DNA of 64,000 bases, taken from assembly GCA_964500835.1 (NCBI GenBank), contig CAZCQL010000014.1:3029-67028 (forward strand). The letters are read 5' to 3'. The stretch comes from an uncultured Bacteroides sp. (lineage in GTDB: Bacteria > Bacteroidota > Bacteroidia > Bacteroidales > GCA-2748055). Below the pieces are notes generated by a model. That model was not told the DNA's origin, did not search any database, and worked only from the letters and a program-made list of their open reading frames with translations. Of this stretch, positions 1-10,086 are shown in pieces. Numbering within the stretch: the stretch's first letter is position 1; every line of letters begins with the position of its first letter. Both the position numbers and the translations under genes were made by a program.

Positions 1-14
1 TGCGACTGCTTTAT

Positions 15-2270
15 TTATCTCAAGCTTAACCATTTTCCGGAAATTTTTGAATTTACTTCAAGCACAATAGCATCTTCAATTATGTCATAATTGATTTTCT
101 TGCCCTTTTCGTCTACAATATATATTTTATATGGATTTACAGAGCCGGGGATGGGAATCTGAAGTTTTCCTTTTCCTTCAGCATATATCTTTATCCCGGG
201 AATACTTTCATCCATAGAAGGAACAAATGCTATTTTCCTCATGGGTTCTTCTGAAAAGCGGAACACTTTCCCATCAATTTCAATTTGATTGCACTCCAGG
301 CCTTCAAAGGCGATGAGCTCCTGCTTTTGATTGGTCCGGAAAGCCATGGTCAATCTTCCATTGTAAGTCACACTGTGACCATTCACTTTAAAATTATCCA
401 GAGCAATTAAATCAGATGGCAGTGGATTAGCAAGGAGTATCGCCGCATCCTCTTCAGGATTCCGGGAAAAACCTCCATCCCATGATTCCCGGTGGTTTTT
501 GTAATGCCTGACTATAGCTGTGGCTCCATTGGGGAAACCTGTTGCAAGGTAGTCGGTGGTCCTGGAGATATGTTCCGTGTTGTCATTTGTTTCGGCAAAG
601 GTACCGGTTGCCGGATAGGCTCCCAGCCCGTCAAGGATTTCAAACAGTGTCTTGGACTCATAACCAAGACTGGCCGACTGATCATCGCGCGGACGGAAAC
701 CAAAAAAGTAAGCCCCATTATTTGCGGTACCGTATAACTGACCATCGCAGTAGGCCAATGCAGATGTACCCGCCTCGACCTGTACGGGATGAATAAGGTC
801 GATGATAAAATCGGTCAAAATATACTGATGATCAAGTTGATTGAGCTGCCTGGTGAAATCAATTCTTTTCCCGGCTGCAACCTGGCCAAAAGACCTTCCG
901 GATTCAACCTTTATCCCGAAGATGTCCTGCCATTGTTGCGAACAGTTTTCACCACTGCCGTCAACAACAGGCGGTGGACCAAACCAGAACAGTTTTCCTC
1001 CTTCATTCTTAAGATCGGCCATCAAGTCAAGCAGGCCCTTTTGAGGTAAGGGCTCGAACAAAGCCACCAGATTCATGGGATAAAGGATGAGTACATCCAC
1101 ATCGCGATGTACAGCTCCTGTTATTTTTTTCAGGGATTGTGAGCGGATGCTGCCTCCATAGGCATCGTTGATGGCTGTTTTTCTTTCCCTTACCTTATGG
1201 GGCATTCCCCAGAAAGCCGGGTAAGACTGGGGTATCCGGTTTAACACCCCGATGGAAGCGGACATGGCAGCCCCATAATAATTCCTGTCGTTCCAGCCCA
1301 GTTCGGCAAAATCATTTCGCGTTGGTTCAAGGTATTCGCCCCATTTGAAATAGTCATAGCAGGCAGCGGCTGCCTGCTGTACAGTGTTGCCCCAAATAAA
1401 ATTAGGCGTATATTCGTATTTAGATGCATGCGGATTCAGATCCCCCACATTCCACAGGTCAACGGTGGGACTTTCTGCCCATGAGGAGTGCCCAAAAGTT
1501 CCAAAATCATCTACACCGAATAGCTCCCCTGCATATTGCTTTGCGTCTTTAAACAGGTCTACCACATGCGTGTTCAGCATTTTATAGTACCTGTCCCTGA
1601 ATAAAAATGTCCTGTGTATCTCCTCAGGGGATTCTCCACGTATATATTGCACATGTTGTATTGCCTTCGCACTTTTGCAGTCAATATCAGGACCATAGGC
1701 AAAATACAAGATGTCTTTTTCCTCGAATGGAACTCCGAATTTTTGCTGGTAGGCTTCTCCCATGGCAGGGGAATAATAGCGCAGGGCCAGCTGACCATTG
1801 TCGTGATGGTCAAAATAGATCCAGTCCTGCTGAATGTGCATTTCATCTGAGTAAAAATGCTGAATTTTAATGTCCTTGTCGTGGTATTTATTAAGCAGAT
1901 CCTTCAGGAAAGGCAGGGCCTGTGAACTGAAGTACTCCATTTCCGGAACCTCGTATTCCAAGAGCACCAGTACCCTGTCATATCCCTTTAGCTCTTCTGA
2001 GCCATTGGAATATACGGCTACCCTTTTTGCCATTTCGCCCTGTTTATCCTCATTGGAAGATGCATCCCAGGAATAGGTATCCGTATTGTTTTCTTTCACA
2101 ACTCTGTTGCCCACGGACCATTCGTCGAGCTCCACCTGCTCCAGGGGGAGTATATCGTCTCTGTCAACTGCCTTATAGGACGTGTTTCCCAGATGCTTTT
2201 CTTAAATAGCATAGGCTTTGAAGTTCTTTAGCTTCAAAGAAAAAAGAGAGTGTGCTGTCAAGCTTCACAT
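15..2270 (-). pseudogene. Degraded, 5'-truncated paralog of the 991-aa uncharacterised protein encoded at 17657..20632
   Basis: The 706-aa ORF (15..2135, GTG start, no signal peptide) aligns by eye with residues ~217-991 of the 991-aa protein. Shared blocks include HFYSDEMH.QQDW, GHSSWAESPTVD and NTVQQAAAACYDYFKWGEYLEPTRNDFAELGWNDRNYYGAAMS. Homology continues upstream of the ORF: SLKLKNFKAYAI*EKHLGNTSYKAVDRDD versus FSIKLKGVKAYAFKENHLPNSSFKAVDRKD. That upstream stretch runs through an in-frame TAA at 2202..2204 and then a frame change. The first ~160 residues, including the signal peptide, are missing. A 47-aa internal deletion maps to nt 1061/1062. The upstream boundary is approximate. Confidence 0.7.
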
Positions 2271-2299
2271 TATAGAACTTCCCCACCCAGACACAGGTG

Positions 2300-2718
2300 T
2301 TGTCTAAATGAAAATAATTCAGGAAATCACCAATTTGCTTCATGGTCTCCGTTTGCAGATCGAAGTAATGAAGTCCTTTGGCTGACTCTATGATTACTCC
2401 CTTACCCCAGGAGTGCAGGGCCCATATGGAATTACCGGAAAGTTGTGTTTCATCATTGGGCGAGAAAAAGTACTGTTTAAATTGATTCCCGTCAAAGCGG
2501 TTAAGGCCGTGTTCAGTGCCGATCCAGATAAATCCCAGTTCATCCTGACAAATAGATGTCACCTGCACATTGGAGAGGCCTTCTTTCATTGAAATGTTTT
2601 CAAAGGATAAGTACCTGCCCGTGTTTTCCGGATCCTGAGCCAGGGAAATATTTGATGCTAAGATCATTGCAAACAGCACAATCCCTGTCTTTGTAATATG
2701 TTGAATTGCCAAGTTCAA
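2300..2718 (-). pseudogene. N-terminal fragment of a hybrid two-component sensor (HTCS-type, Reg_prop beta-propeller repeats)
   Basis: A signal-anchor (GIVLFAMILASNISLAQ) is followed by FENISMKEGLSNVQVTSICQDELGFIWIGTEHGLNRFDGNQFKQY, the typical first propeller repeat of Bacteroidota HTCS regulators, which are normally ~1300 aa. The reading frame (ORF 2173..2718) then runs into sequence homologous, in another frame, to the neighbouring paralog pseudogene. Only ~130-140 aa of the sensor survive. The downstream boundary is approximate. Confidence 0.6.
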
Positions 2719-2888
2719 CCCTCTTGAATGAGGAATATTATTCTGTCACCTTTCCCCGCTAAGGTAAATATAGCTTCCATAATAGTAAATAGATAATAGG
2801 GGAAATAATTTGCACTATTTGGACCAAAATCAGGACAGGCAGCTCTGTTCCTGCCTATTATACGCTCACACAGCTCAGCATTTGGCCA

Positions 2889-3257
2889 ATGTATTTTAAT
2901 CAAGAACCGCTTTTACTCAACTGGATAGAGGAATCTATTCTTGAATTGCTAAATACGCTCATTGCTCAGATGGGCGGAAACTATTCTATTTGGCTGTATC
3001 GTATATGTTTTGATACTTACAGCCAAATACGACATAGGAATGAATGTACTTATTGGCAGAAAGAAGGAGCTCTCTTTTTTAAAACACTGGCTAACTCAAA
3101 TAAATCGGAGTTCATCGCAGTTTATGGAAGAAGAAGAGTAGGGAAGACATTCCTGATCAGGCAGGCCTTTGAGCATAAATTCTCTTTCCAGGTTACAGCC
3201 ATCGCAAACGCAAAAACATCACAGCAACTTTACAATTTCAATATAGCACTGCAATAA
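2889..3257 (+). pseudogene. N-terminal fragment of an AAA+/ATP-binding protein (archaeal-ATPase-like, Walker A only)
   Basis: NKSEFIAVYGRRRVGKTFLIRQAFEHKFSFQVTAIANAKTSQQL matches the GRRRVGKT Walker-A region of this ATPase family. The ORF stops ~50 aa after the P-loop, whereas full-length members are several hundred aa. Confidence 0.5.
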
Positions 3258-3329
3258 TCCGAAATCTTCGCATAATATTTGTTTGATTCTTAAAAATATT
3301 TCGATGCGACACTTTAGGAGTGTACACAA

Positions 3330-3659
3330 CTATTTGTCACGTGCCCTCCACCTGAAAACAAAAGCTTCTTCTAAGAAATTGGTGTCCCCGAAGTCAGCTC
3401 TCCGGGGCTTTTCGTCAAGCTCCCTCATATTGACCTTAAGCCTGGCTAGCTCGGGAGCCTCAAAGCCTTCTCCCCAATAGAGGAAGCACTGGCCAGCGTC
3501 ATCAACAAAACAAGCTGGGTTACTCCCGTCTGTTCCCTCAATAATCCCATTATCAGTAAACGGTCCTTCCGACATATTACTGACTGCAACTCCTGCGCAC
3601 CATTTTGCGGCTGGTATCTTTATGAAGATAGTAAAAGTTAAAATTATTAAGTTTCTCAT
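3330..3659 (-). pseudogene. Internal fragment of a GH43-type glycoside hydrolase
   Basis: AGVAVSNMSEGPFTDNG...ACFVDDAGQCFLYWGEG matches the characteristic GH43 blocks (VAvSdsP.GPFtD, FvDdDGq.YLyWG). Only ~100 aa are present. The 5' side abuts the transposase remnant at 3662. Confidence 0.55.
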
Positions 3660-3661
3660 TT

Positions 3662-3975
3662 CTGGAAAAGTTTATTGATCAGCTTGATCACCGGGTGTTT
3701 CAGGGAGAGAAGATCGCTCATGAGGAAAAGGTGTTCTCCATTTTTGAGGAAAATACCAGATGGATTACCTGTGGAAAATTACATCCTAATGTGGAACTGG
3801 GAAAGAAGCTGGCCATTACTACTGATCAGTAAAACCTGATTGTTGACTACCCGATGATGGAACATCAGAGTGAAGTGGAATTTACTGGACCTCTACAGGT
3901 CGGGGAAATATTCATTGGACCCGCTAATGGGTTTTTGGGGCATAGTAAAGAGACTCAACTCTGTTTTCAATAATG
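3662..3975 (+). mobile_element. DDE transposase remnant (IS5/ISNCY-like central region) with an in-frame stop
   Basis: The translation is LEKFIDQLDHRVFQGEKIAHEEKVFSIFEENTRWITCGKLHPNVELGKKLAITTDQ*NLIVDYPMMEHQSEVEF. The block GEK...EKvFSIFE.hT.wI.kGK...ELG.K..i..dq is what I recall from IS5/ISNCY-type transposases. There is no start codon, an internal stop, and no recognisable ends. Confidence 0.5.
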
Positions 3976-4141
3976 TGATAAGACTAAAACGGCCACAGAA
4001 ATTTTTGATAAATGGTTAAGCGTCACTTAACAGATTCTTTCAGTAAGTTTTCTTTCTTCCTGGGTTCTGCTTATTAGTTTGTGATATTGCTAATTTAGAT
4101 GTATCAATTTTTTGGTTCATTAGACAATTAAATACATTATC

Positions 4142-5710
4142 ATGAATAAGCTCTTATATTTTTTCATAGCTGGTAGTTTGCTGTTTTCCTGTTTATCACC
4201 TGAGAAAGTTGAATTGAGACGTCCGAACATTTTGTTCTGCATCGCCGATGACCAGTCCTATCCCCATGCCGGGGCCTATGGATGTGACTGGGTGAAGACA
4301 CCCTCCTTTGATTATATTGCGCAGCAAGGGATCCTATTTACCAGGGCTTTCACTCCCATGGCCAAGTGCTGCCCCTCCAGATCATGTATTGTGACCGGAA
4401 GGAATACCTGGCAACTAGAGGCTGCCGCCAACCATGTATGTTTTTTTCCCCCTGAGTTCAAGACCTATGCAGAGGTATTGGAGGAAAACGGTTATTATAC
4501 CGGTCATACGGTAAAAGGATGGGCACCAGGGGTGGCTGTCACAGAGTATGGTGTGAAAAGGAATATGGTTGGTCCTGCGTTTAATGATGTCAAGACCGAT
4601 CCGCCCACAGAATTTATCAGTGATGTGGACTATGCCGCCAATTTTGAAGTTTTCCTTGATGCCCGACCCCAGGGTCAACCTTTCTGCTTCTGGGCAGGGA
4701 GTATTGAACCCCACAGGGCCTATGAGTACCGTTCGGGGGTGACCAAAGGAGGCAAGCAGCTTGCAGATATAGACACAGTGCCTCCTTATTGGCCCGATTG
4801 CGATACGGTACGCAACGATCTGCTCGACTATGCTTTTGAGGTGGAGTACTGGGACAGTCATGTGGGAAGGATGGTGAAAGCCCTTGAGGAATGCGGTTTG
4901 CTGGAGAACACTTTGGTGATTGCCACCTCCGACCATGGCATGCCCTTCCCGCGGGTAAAAGGGATGCCTAACCAGATTGCAAACCGGGTGCCTCTGGCCA
5001 TCATGTGGCCGGAAAGGATTGATATGCCCGGAAAAGTGGTGGAGGATTTTGTCAGCTTCACTGATTTCGCTCCTACCTTTCTTGAAATGGCCGGAGTTTC
5101 CAATGATGAGAGTGGAATGCATGAGATGGAGGGGGAGAGCCTTGTACCCTTGCTGACAGGTGAACCAGGAGCCCGTGGCCGGGAGATCATGGTATTTGGC
5201 AAGGAGCGAACCGATATTGGAAGGCCCGATGATGTGGGATATCCGGCCAGGGGGATTTCTGACGGAGAGTTTGTGTATATCATGAACATCCATCCAGAAA
5301 GGTGGTGGGCCGGTAATCCTGAAGCCGGTTATCTCGATACCGATGGTTCCCCCACCAAATCGTATATTCTTAATGACCGCAGGAACAATGGGCAGAGCTG
5401 GTACTGGGATCAGAGTTTTGGGAAACATCCAGCAGAAGAGCTTTATAACATCATAGATGATCCGTACCAGGTGAAGAATCTGGCAGAAGATCCGGCATAC
5501 CATGCTATTAAAGAAGAACTTGAGACAAGATTGAGAACCGAACTAAGTTCGGAAGGAGATCCCCGCATGTTCGGGAAAGGGGATGAATTTGATAAATATC
5601 CTTATGCATCTGAGAATCAAAGGGACTATTACAACCGTCTAATGGTCGGTGAAGAGATGCATGCTGGCTGGATCAATGCCTCAGATGTTGAAACAAAGAG
5701 CCTGGACTGA
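4142..5710 (+). CDS. S1-family (formylglycine-dependent) sulfatase, lipoprotein
   Basis: Lipobox (LLFSC), metal-binding NILFCIADDQS, and the active-site signature C-C-P-S-R-S-C-I-V-T-G-R. Length of 522 aa is typical. Confidence 0.93.
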   Translation: MNKLLYFFIAGSLLFSCLSPEKVELRRPNILFCIADDQSYPHAGAYGCDWVKTPSFDYIAQQGILFTRAFTPMAKCCPSRSCIVTGRNTWQLEAAANHVCFFPPEFKTYAEVLEENGYYTGHTVKGWAPGVAVTEYGVKRNMVGPAFNDVKTDPPTEFISDVDYAANFEVFLDARPQGQPFCFWAGSIEPHRAYEYRSGVTKGGKQLADIDTVPPYWPDCDTVRNDLLDYAFEVEYWDSHVGRMVKALEECGLLENTLVIATSDHGMPFPRVKGMPNQIANRVPLAIMWPERIDMPGKVVEDFVSFTDFAPTFLEMAGVSNDESGMHEMEGESLVPLLTGEPGARGREIMVFGKERTDIGRPDDVGYPARGISDGEFVYIMNIHPERWWAGNPEAGYLDTDGSPTKSYILNDRRNNGQSWYWDQSFGKHPAEELYNIIDDPYQVKNLAEDPAYHAIKEELETRLRTELSSEGDPRMFGKGDEFDKYPYASENQRDYYNRLMVGEEMHAGWINASDVETKSLD

Positions 5711-6045
5711 TGAGAATATTCCTAAGCTATACCATTTTTCGATATGAATGAGTTGCGGCAAGCTTATAAAGAGGATTTAACAACTTTAGATAGGTTCTTT
5801 AACTTCTTATTTGTACTTTCCAGATGAAAAGTGATGTTTATTTGCTCATATTCATTGACTCAACATTTTGAATATAAGCAAAATACATCATTTTTTTAGT
5901 TCTTATTTTTGATTTTTAGGTGGTATATTAAACGTTATCTGTTTGTTTGTCTATATGCCTGCATCAATGCTTTTTCACCTTCAACCCCACTGATGCTCTT
6001 CCAATGCGCCCGCGTAATTCACTAGTTAAACCAATAGAGCAAAAA

Positions 6046-6273
6046 ATGAAAAAACTTCTATTTTTACCCATATTCATTGTCTTTCTGTCTCTTTCATCCT
6101 GTTACACAGATGATTGTGAATGTACCAAGAGAACCTATAACTACGAAGGCGATTATCCGGTTTCATCCACTGAAGTGGTTGATTGTCCTGATGATATTGA
6201 AGAAGGCGCAGACCTCATTGAATGGCGCGAGGACAATAGAATTGACTACGTGTTAACTAAAACTTGTATTTAA
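6046..6273 (+). CDS. Small lipoprotein, unknown function (75 aa)
   Basis: The internal ATG at 6046 gives MKKLLFLPIFIVFLSLSSC, a clean lipoprotein signal. The longer 5947 start adds a non-signal leader. No homology recognised. Confidence 0.5.
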   Translation: MKKLLFLPIFIVFLSLSSCYTDDCECTKRTYNYEGDYPVSSTEVVDCPDDIEEGADLIEWREDNRIDYVLTKTCI

Positions 6274-6291
6274 GATAGAGTTATCGCCCGT

Positions 6292-6666
6292 TCACCTGGA
6301 TCTGTATATTTTACCGTGATAACGCAGAAGCTCAACTTCAGGGTTATTGGTAACAGTACGTACCTCACCGGTGGCTGGGTCCCACTCCTCAAATTTTCCT
6401 TTGGACCTGAAGGTAATTCCAGTGGTTATGGTCTCTTCAGAATCATTGATGGTGAATCCCCCATACCCCATGTTGAGATGCTCCTGCATCATTTGCTCAT
6501 GTCCGGCATCATCCAGGGGAAAGTCATGGTGATTCAGGTTCATTCTGAATTCCAGGGGAGGCTTTTGAAAAGCCAGACGAAGGGCTTCTTCTCCTGGCCT
6601 TGTACAACCTTCCATAAGTAGTATTAAGCCGATGAAAAGAATGGATCGACGCAGGTAACGATTCAT
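6292..6666 (-). CDS. Small lipoprotein, possibly an internally collapsed remnant of a GH106-like hydrolase
   Basis: The lipobox LLMEGC is followed by FQKPPLEFR...EHLNMGYGGF. This resembles the N-terminal F.NPP.E.RP...AGfGG block of the 985- and 1082-aa GH106-like proteins in this window. It then runs directly into a C-terminal-like WDPATGEV segment (compare IWDPETGER in the 985-aa protein). At 124 aa it is far too short for that family. Confidence 0.4.
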   Translation of the reverse strand: MNRYLRRSILFIGLILLMEGCTRPGEEALRLAFQKPPLEFRMNLNHHDFPLDDAGHEQMMQEHLNMGYGGFTINDSEETITTGITFRSKGKFEEWDPATGEVRTVTNNPEVELLRYHGKIYRSR

Positions 6667-6916
6667 ATTTTAGGAATCTGGGAAATCGATAGCATTGCCT
6701 CAAATTGACAATTTTCGTACCTTGTTTCATGCCAAATTTATACACAAATTCAAATTTTAAAAAGTATAAATCTGAATTTGTAAGCGATACATTACACCAA
6801 AATGTGTAACATTATTCTCATTTTGTGTATTGACCATTTCAATATATATCTCTAATATCGTTTTTGGAAATCAGGTCTCAAACCTAATTCAATCAAACGC
6901 TACAGAAAAAGCAAAG

Positions 6917-9900
6917 ATGCACCTCAAAAGATTTTATAGAGAACTTATAGCGCTTGTTGCAGTTGGATTTATGGGATTGGGAATGGCCTATGCAGCCGGG
7001 ACTATTACTGGACAAGTGGACGATACGGATGGTAATCCACTTGCTTTTGCCAATGTGGTGATCACGCATAAAATTGTTAACGGGCAGGAGGTTGCTTTGC
7101 GTACGCAGATCGGCACTGTCACTGACCTGGATGGAACTTACGCATTGACTGCTGTAGCTGAAGGAACTTATGTATTAGAGGTAATCTACCTGGGGTATAC
7201 CAGCAATAAATCCACCGTCACCATATCAGGAGACGAATTAGTTACCCATAATGCAGTTCTGGAGAACAAAACCCTGGACCTGGAGGAGGTAGTGATCACA
7301 CAGCAGGCCAAGGGCCAGATGGCCGCCATTAACCAGCAGCTCTCAGCCCTTGCCATAAAGAATGTGGTAGCTGCCGACAGGATTCAGAGAAATCCGGATG
7401 CCAATGCAGCTGAGGCTATTGGAAGATTACCGGGTGTCTCTATTACAAGAAGCGGAGGAGAGGCTAACGATGTGATCATCCGCGGGATGTCCTCACAATA
7501 CAATACCGTATTGCTTAATGGGATAGAGATCCCCTCCAACAAAGGTACAAGCCGAAATGCCAGTCTTGGAGGTATTTCCCAGTTCTCTTTGCAGGGAATC
7601 GAGGTGTATAAAGCCATTACGCCTGATATGGATGCCAATACGGTATCGGGGGCTGTGAATATGCAAATGAAATCCGCTCCGGAAGGTTTTCATGGAAGCG
7701 CCATGTTACAGGGCGGTTATAATGATCAGAACAGCGATTTCAGCAATTATAAGTTTAATGCAAACCTGAGTAATCGCTGGTTCGACAACAAATTAGGTGT
7801 GGTCCTAAATGTTTCCAACGAAAGAACCAACCGCAGCACTGAGAGTATGGGTTCCAATTATGCTATTGAAACTGCCGATACTGCGCTCGAGTTTCAACCT
7901 ATGTTCCTGAACACAGTGAGCTTACAGAGCGTGGAAAGAATTAATAAAAGGACCTCGGGGAGCCTGGTCATCGATTACCGCTTTTCTCCAAGATCTAAAA
8001 TAGAATTTTCGAACTTCTACTCATCCAGCCCCACAGATCGGCTGACCATCAGTAAGTCTCATAACCTTTTAGCTCAAAGCGTTGCTTATAATCTTAACCA
8101 GGACCGTGGGGGACACTCCAAGCTTTACAGCGGAACCATAAAGGGGGAACATGTACTGGGAATATTCATGATCGACTACAGCCTGGCTTATTCTCAATCC
8201 GACAAGACCAATGAGGTCAGGCTTTATGGAGTTGCCAATCCAGATGGATATGCTGCAGGAAGCGGAACACAACCCAACAGGTTGTTGCCCTTACCGGAAA
8301 TCATTGACATGGCCCGCGATGAACAGACCCAGGAAAACCTCAGGGAATATGGAATGGGAGGACCGGGAAGCCGGCAGACTGATAGACTGAGCGAAAAACA
8401 GTATGATGCCCGACTTAATATTAAGGTCCCTATCCAAGCTGGAGACTGGCTTACAGGTAATGTGAAATTCGGTGGGATGTACCGCAATAAAGACCGTTTA
8501 CGCGATTTCAATAGATTTGTCTATGGAGGCCCCCCCTTTCACAAGCTGGTTTCCGGGATTCAGACCACGCCCGATGGTATATCCTGGGAAATCCCCTGGG
8601 TGGTTCTGAACAACAGGAATGGGGTATCGATGGAAAATATGGTGGGTGGTAATATGGATAATTTTCTTGGAGGAAGGTATAATTTTGGATGGTTTCCCAA
8701 TATCAATCAGATGAACGAAATCTTTGACTGGTGGCAGGATATTACAGGCTACTATCATCCCATGGGGCGTGATTATGTGAGTGCCCAAGTTCCTGGCTGG
8801 CAGCTTATTTTTGGACAGGAAAGAATGATTGGCTGGCTGGATCCCCGTCCCAGCGTAGCAAATGATAACAATGTACAAGAAAGTCAATATGCGGGATACC
8901 TGATGGCTGAACTAAAATTGGGAAACATGATTTCACTTATCCCGGGTGTTCGGTATGAAAATACAAATTATAATTTGCATGCCTGGTGGCTTGAACGCAG
9001 ACTTGATGAAGCTTTGGAGATTCCAGGATACGAAACCGAAGCCACCCGGCAAAATGATTTCCTTTTGCCCATGGTACATCTGAAGATAAAACCCGTGGAT
9101 TGGCTTCACATTCAGACATCCTACACCCAAACCATCTTCCGCCCCAATTATAACTGGATTGTTCCCTTTGAATATGTGGATAATGCTTTAGGTCCCTACG
9201 AGTATCAAGCAGGTGATCCTGATCTAAAGGTTGAACAATGGGACAACTTCGACCTGATGCTGGCTTTTCACAGCAATAAACTGGGTTTGATATCCCTGAA
9301 CGGCTTCTACAAAACTGTATCAGATAAAATCTGGAGCCGTACATGGACCAGGTTATCAACAGATGACCCGATTCCCCCTTTTGCTGATGATGAGGACGTG
9401 AATGTTACCTCATGGTATAATAACGATTATGATACCTATGTAAGGGGATTCGAGGTGGAGTGGCAGACCAACTTCTGGTATCTTCCAAAACCTCTGAGTT
9501 ATTTTACACTTACTGCCAACTATACTTATATGAATAACACCTCTGTTTATCCGGATTCCAGGGTATCTGTTGTCCAAACGGGTGTTACAGGCTCAGGCAG
9601 ACCCATATATGGGAAGGTCAGAGCTGACACCACATTTACAGGTCCAATGCTTAACCAGCCTACCCACATGGCCAATGTTTCATTGGGATTTAGTATAAAA
9701 ACTTTTGACATCTGGCTCTCCTACCAATACATAGGGGAAACTTTAACCGCTTATGCGATTCAGTTTGAGAATAACAAGTATAAAACCGCCTTCTACAGAG
9801 TTGGTTTGCAGGTCAAATATGAAATTCCCCTCAAAAAGCTCCATGGACTGGAAATATTAGGCAATGTATCTAATCTTAACAACCTGGTTGAAGCGGAGTA

Positions 9901-9979
9901 TTTCAGGGGAGATATAAGACCTGCCAGTTTGCAATCCTATGGATGGACTGCAGATTTTGGAGTACGATATGTATTTTAA
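6917..9979 (+). CDS. TonB-dependent outer-membrane receptor with N-terminal CarboxypepD_reg domain (not SusC/RagA-type)
   Basis: Start taken at MHLKRFYRELIALVAVGFMGLGMAYA (signal). GQVDDTDGNPLAFANVVI is the carboxypeptidase-regulatory-like domain. The plug region reads AEAIGRLPGVSITRSGGEANDVIIRGMSSQYNTVLLNGIEIPS...IEVYKAITPDMDANTVSGAVNM. A long beta-barrel ends in the aromatic terminus FGVRYVF. Confidence 0.9.
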   Translation: MHLKRFYRELIALVAVGFMGLGMAYAAGTITGQVDDTDGNPLAFANVVITHKIVNGQEVALRTQIGTVTDLDGTYALTAVAEGTYVLEVIYLGYTSNKSTVTISGDELVTHNAVLENKTLDLEEVVITQQAKGQMAAINQQLSALAIKNVVAADRIQRNPDANAAEAIGRLPGVSITRSGGEANDVIIRGMSSQYNTVLLNGIEIPSNKGTSRNASLGGISQFSLQGIEVYKAITPDMDANTVSGAVNMQMKSAPEGFHGSAMLQGGYNDQNSDFSNYKFNANLSNRWFDNKLGVVLNVSNERTNRSTESMGSNYAIETADTALEFQPMFLNTVSLQSVERINKRTSGSLVIDYRFSPRSKIEFSNFYSSSPTDRLTISKSHNLLAQSVAYNLNQDRGGHSKLYSGTIKGEHVLGIFMIDYSLAYSQSDKTNEVRLYGVANPDGYAAGSGTQPNRLLPLPEIIDMARDEQTQENLREYGMGGPGSRQTDRLSEKQYDARLNIKVPIQAGDWLTGNVKFGGMYRNKDRLRDFNRFVYGGPPFHKLVSGIQTTPDGISWEIPWVVLNNRNGVSMENMVGGNMDNFLGGRYNFGWFPNINQMNEIFDWWQDITGYYHPMGRDYVSAQVPGWQLIFGQERMIGWLDPRPSVANDNNVQESQYAGYLMAELKLGNMISLIPGVRYENTNYNLHAWWLERRLDEALEIPGYETEATRQNDFLLPMVHLKIKPVDWLHIQTSYTQTIFRPNYNWIVPFEYVDNALGPYEYQAGDPDLKVEQWDNFDLMLAFHSNKLGLISLNGFYKTVSDKIWSRTWTRLSTDDPIPPFADDEDVNVTSWYNNDYDTYVRGFEVEWQTNFWYLPKPLSYFTLTANYTYMNNTSVYPDSRVSVVQTGVTGSGRPIYGKVRADTTFTGPMLNQPTHMANVSLGFSIKTFDIWLSYQYIGETLTAYAIQFENNKYKTAFYRVGLQVKYEIPLKKLHGLEILGNVSNLNNLVEAEYFRGDIRPASLQSYGWTADFGVRYVF

Positions 9980-10086
9980 TAAAACCAAACTTAATGATAA
10001 GGAAGGAGGTGCCTGACAGAAACTACTACTCTAAAAAAAATCAGTTATTTTAGTTAATATTTTATGTTTAAACAAAAAAGAAAATT

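Noticed and set aside
4415-5503. Long antisense or overlapping ORFs inside large genes. Examples: 4415..5503(-), 12353..12829(+), 13730..14479(+), 14966..15784(+), 19229..19753(+), 21172..21735(+), 44234..44749(+), 54282..54959(+), 58115..58783(-), 59902..60414(-).
   Set aside because: Each lies entirely within, and opposite to or out of frame with, a much longer ORF that has clear family signatures. Their translations are low-complexity and Arg/Pro/Gly/His-rich, as expected for shadow frames.
5947-6273. The 108-aa version of the small lipoprotein ORF.
   Set aside because: The upstream extension (MSICLHQCFF...) precedes a perfect lipoprotein leader that starts at the internal ATG (6046). The longer form would bury the signal peptide.
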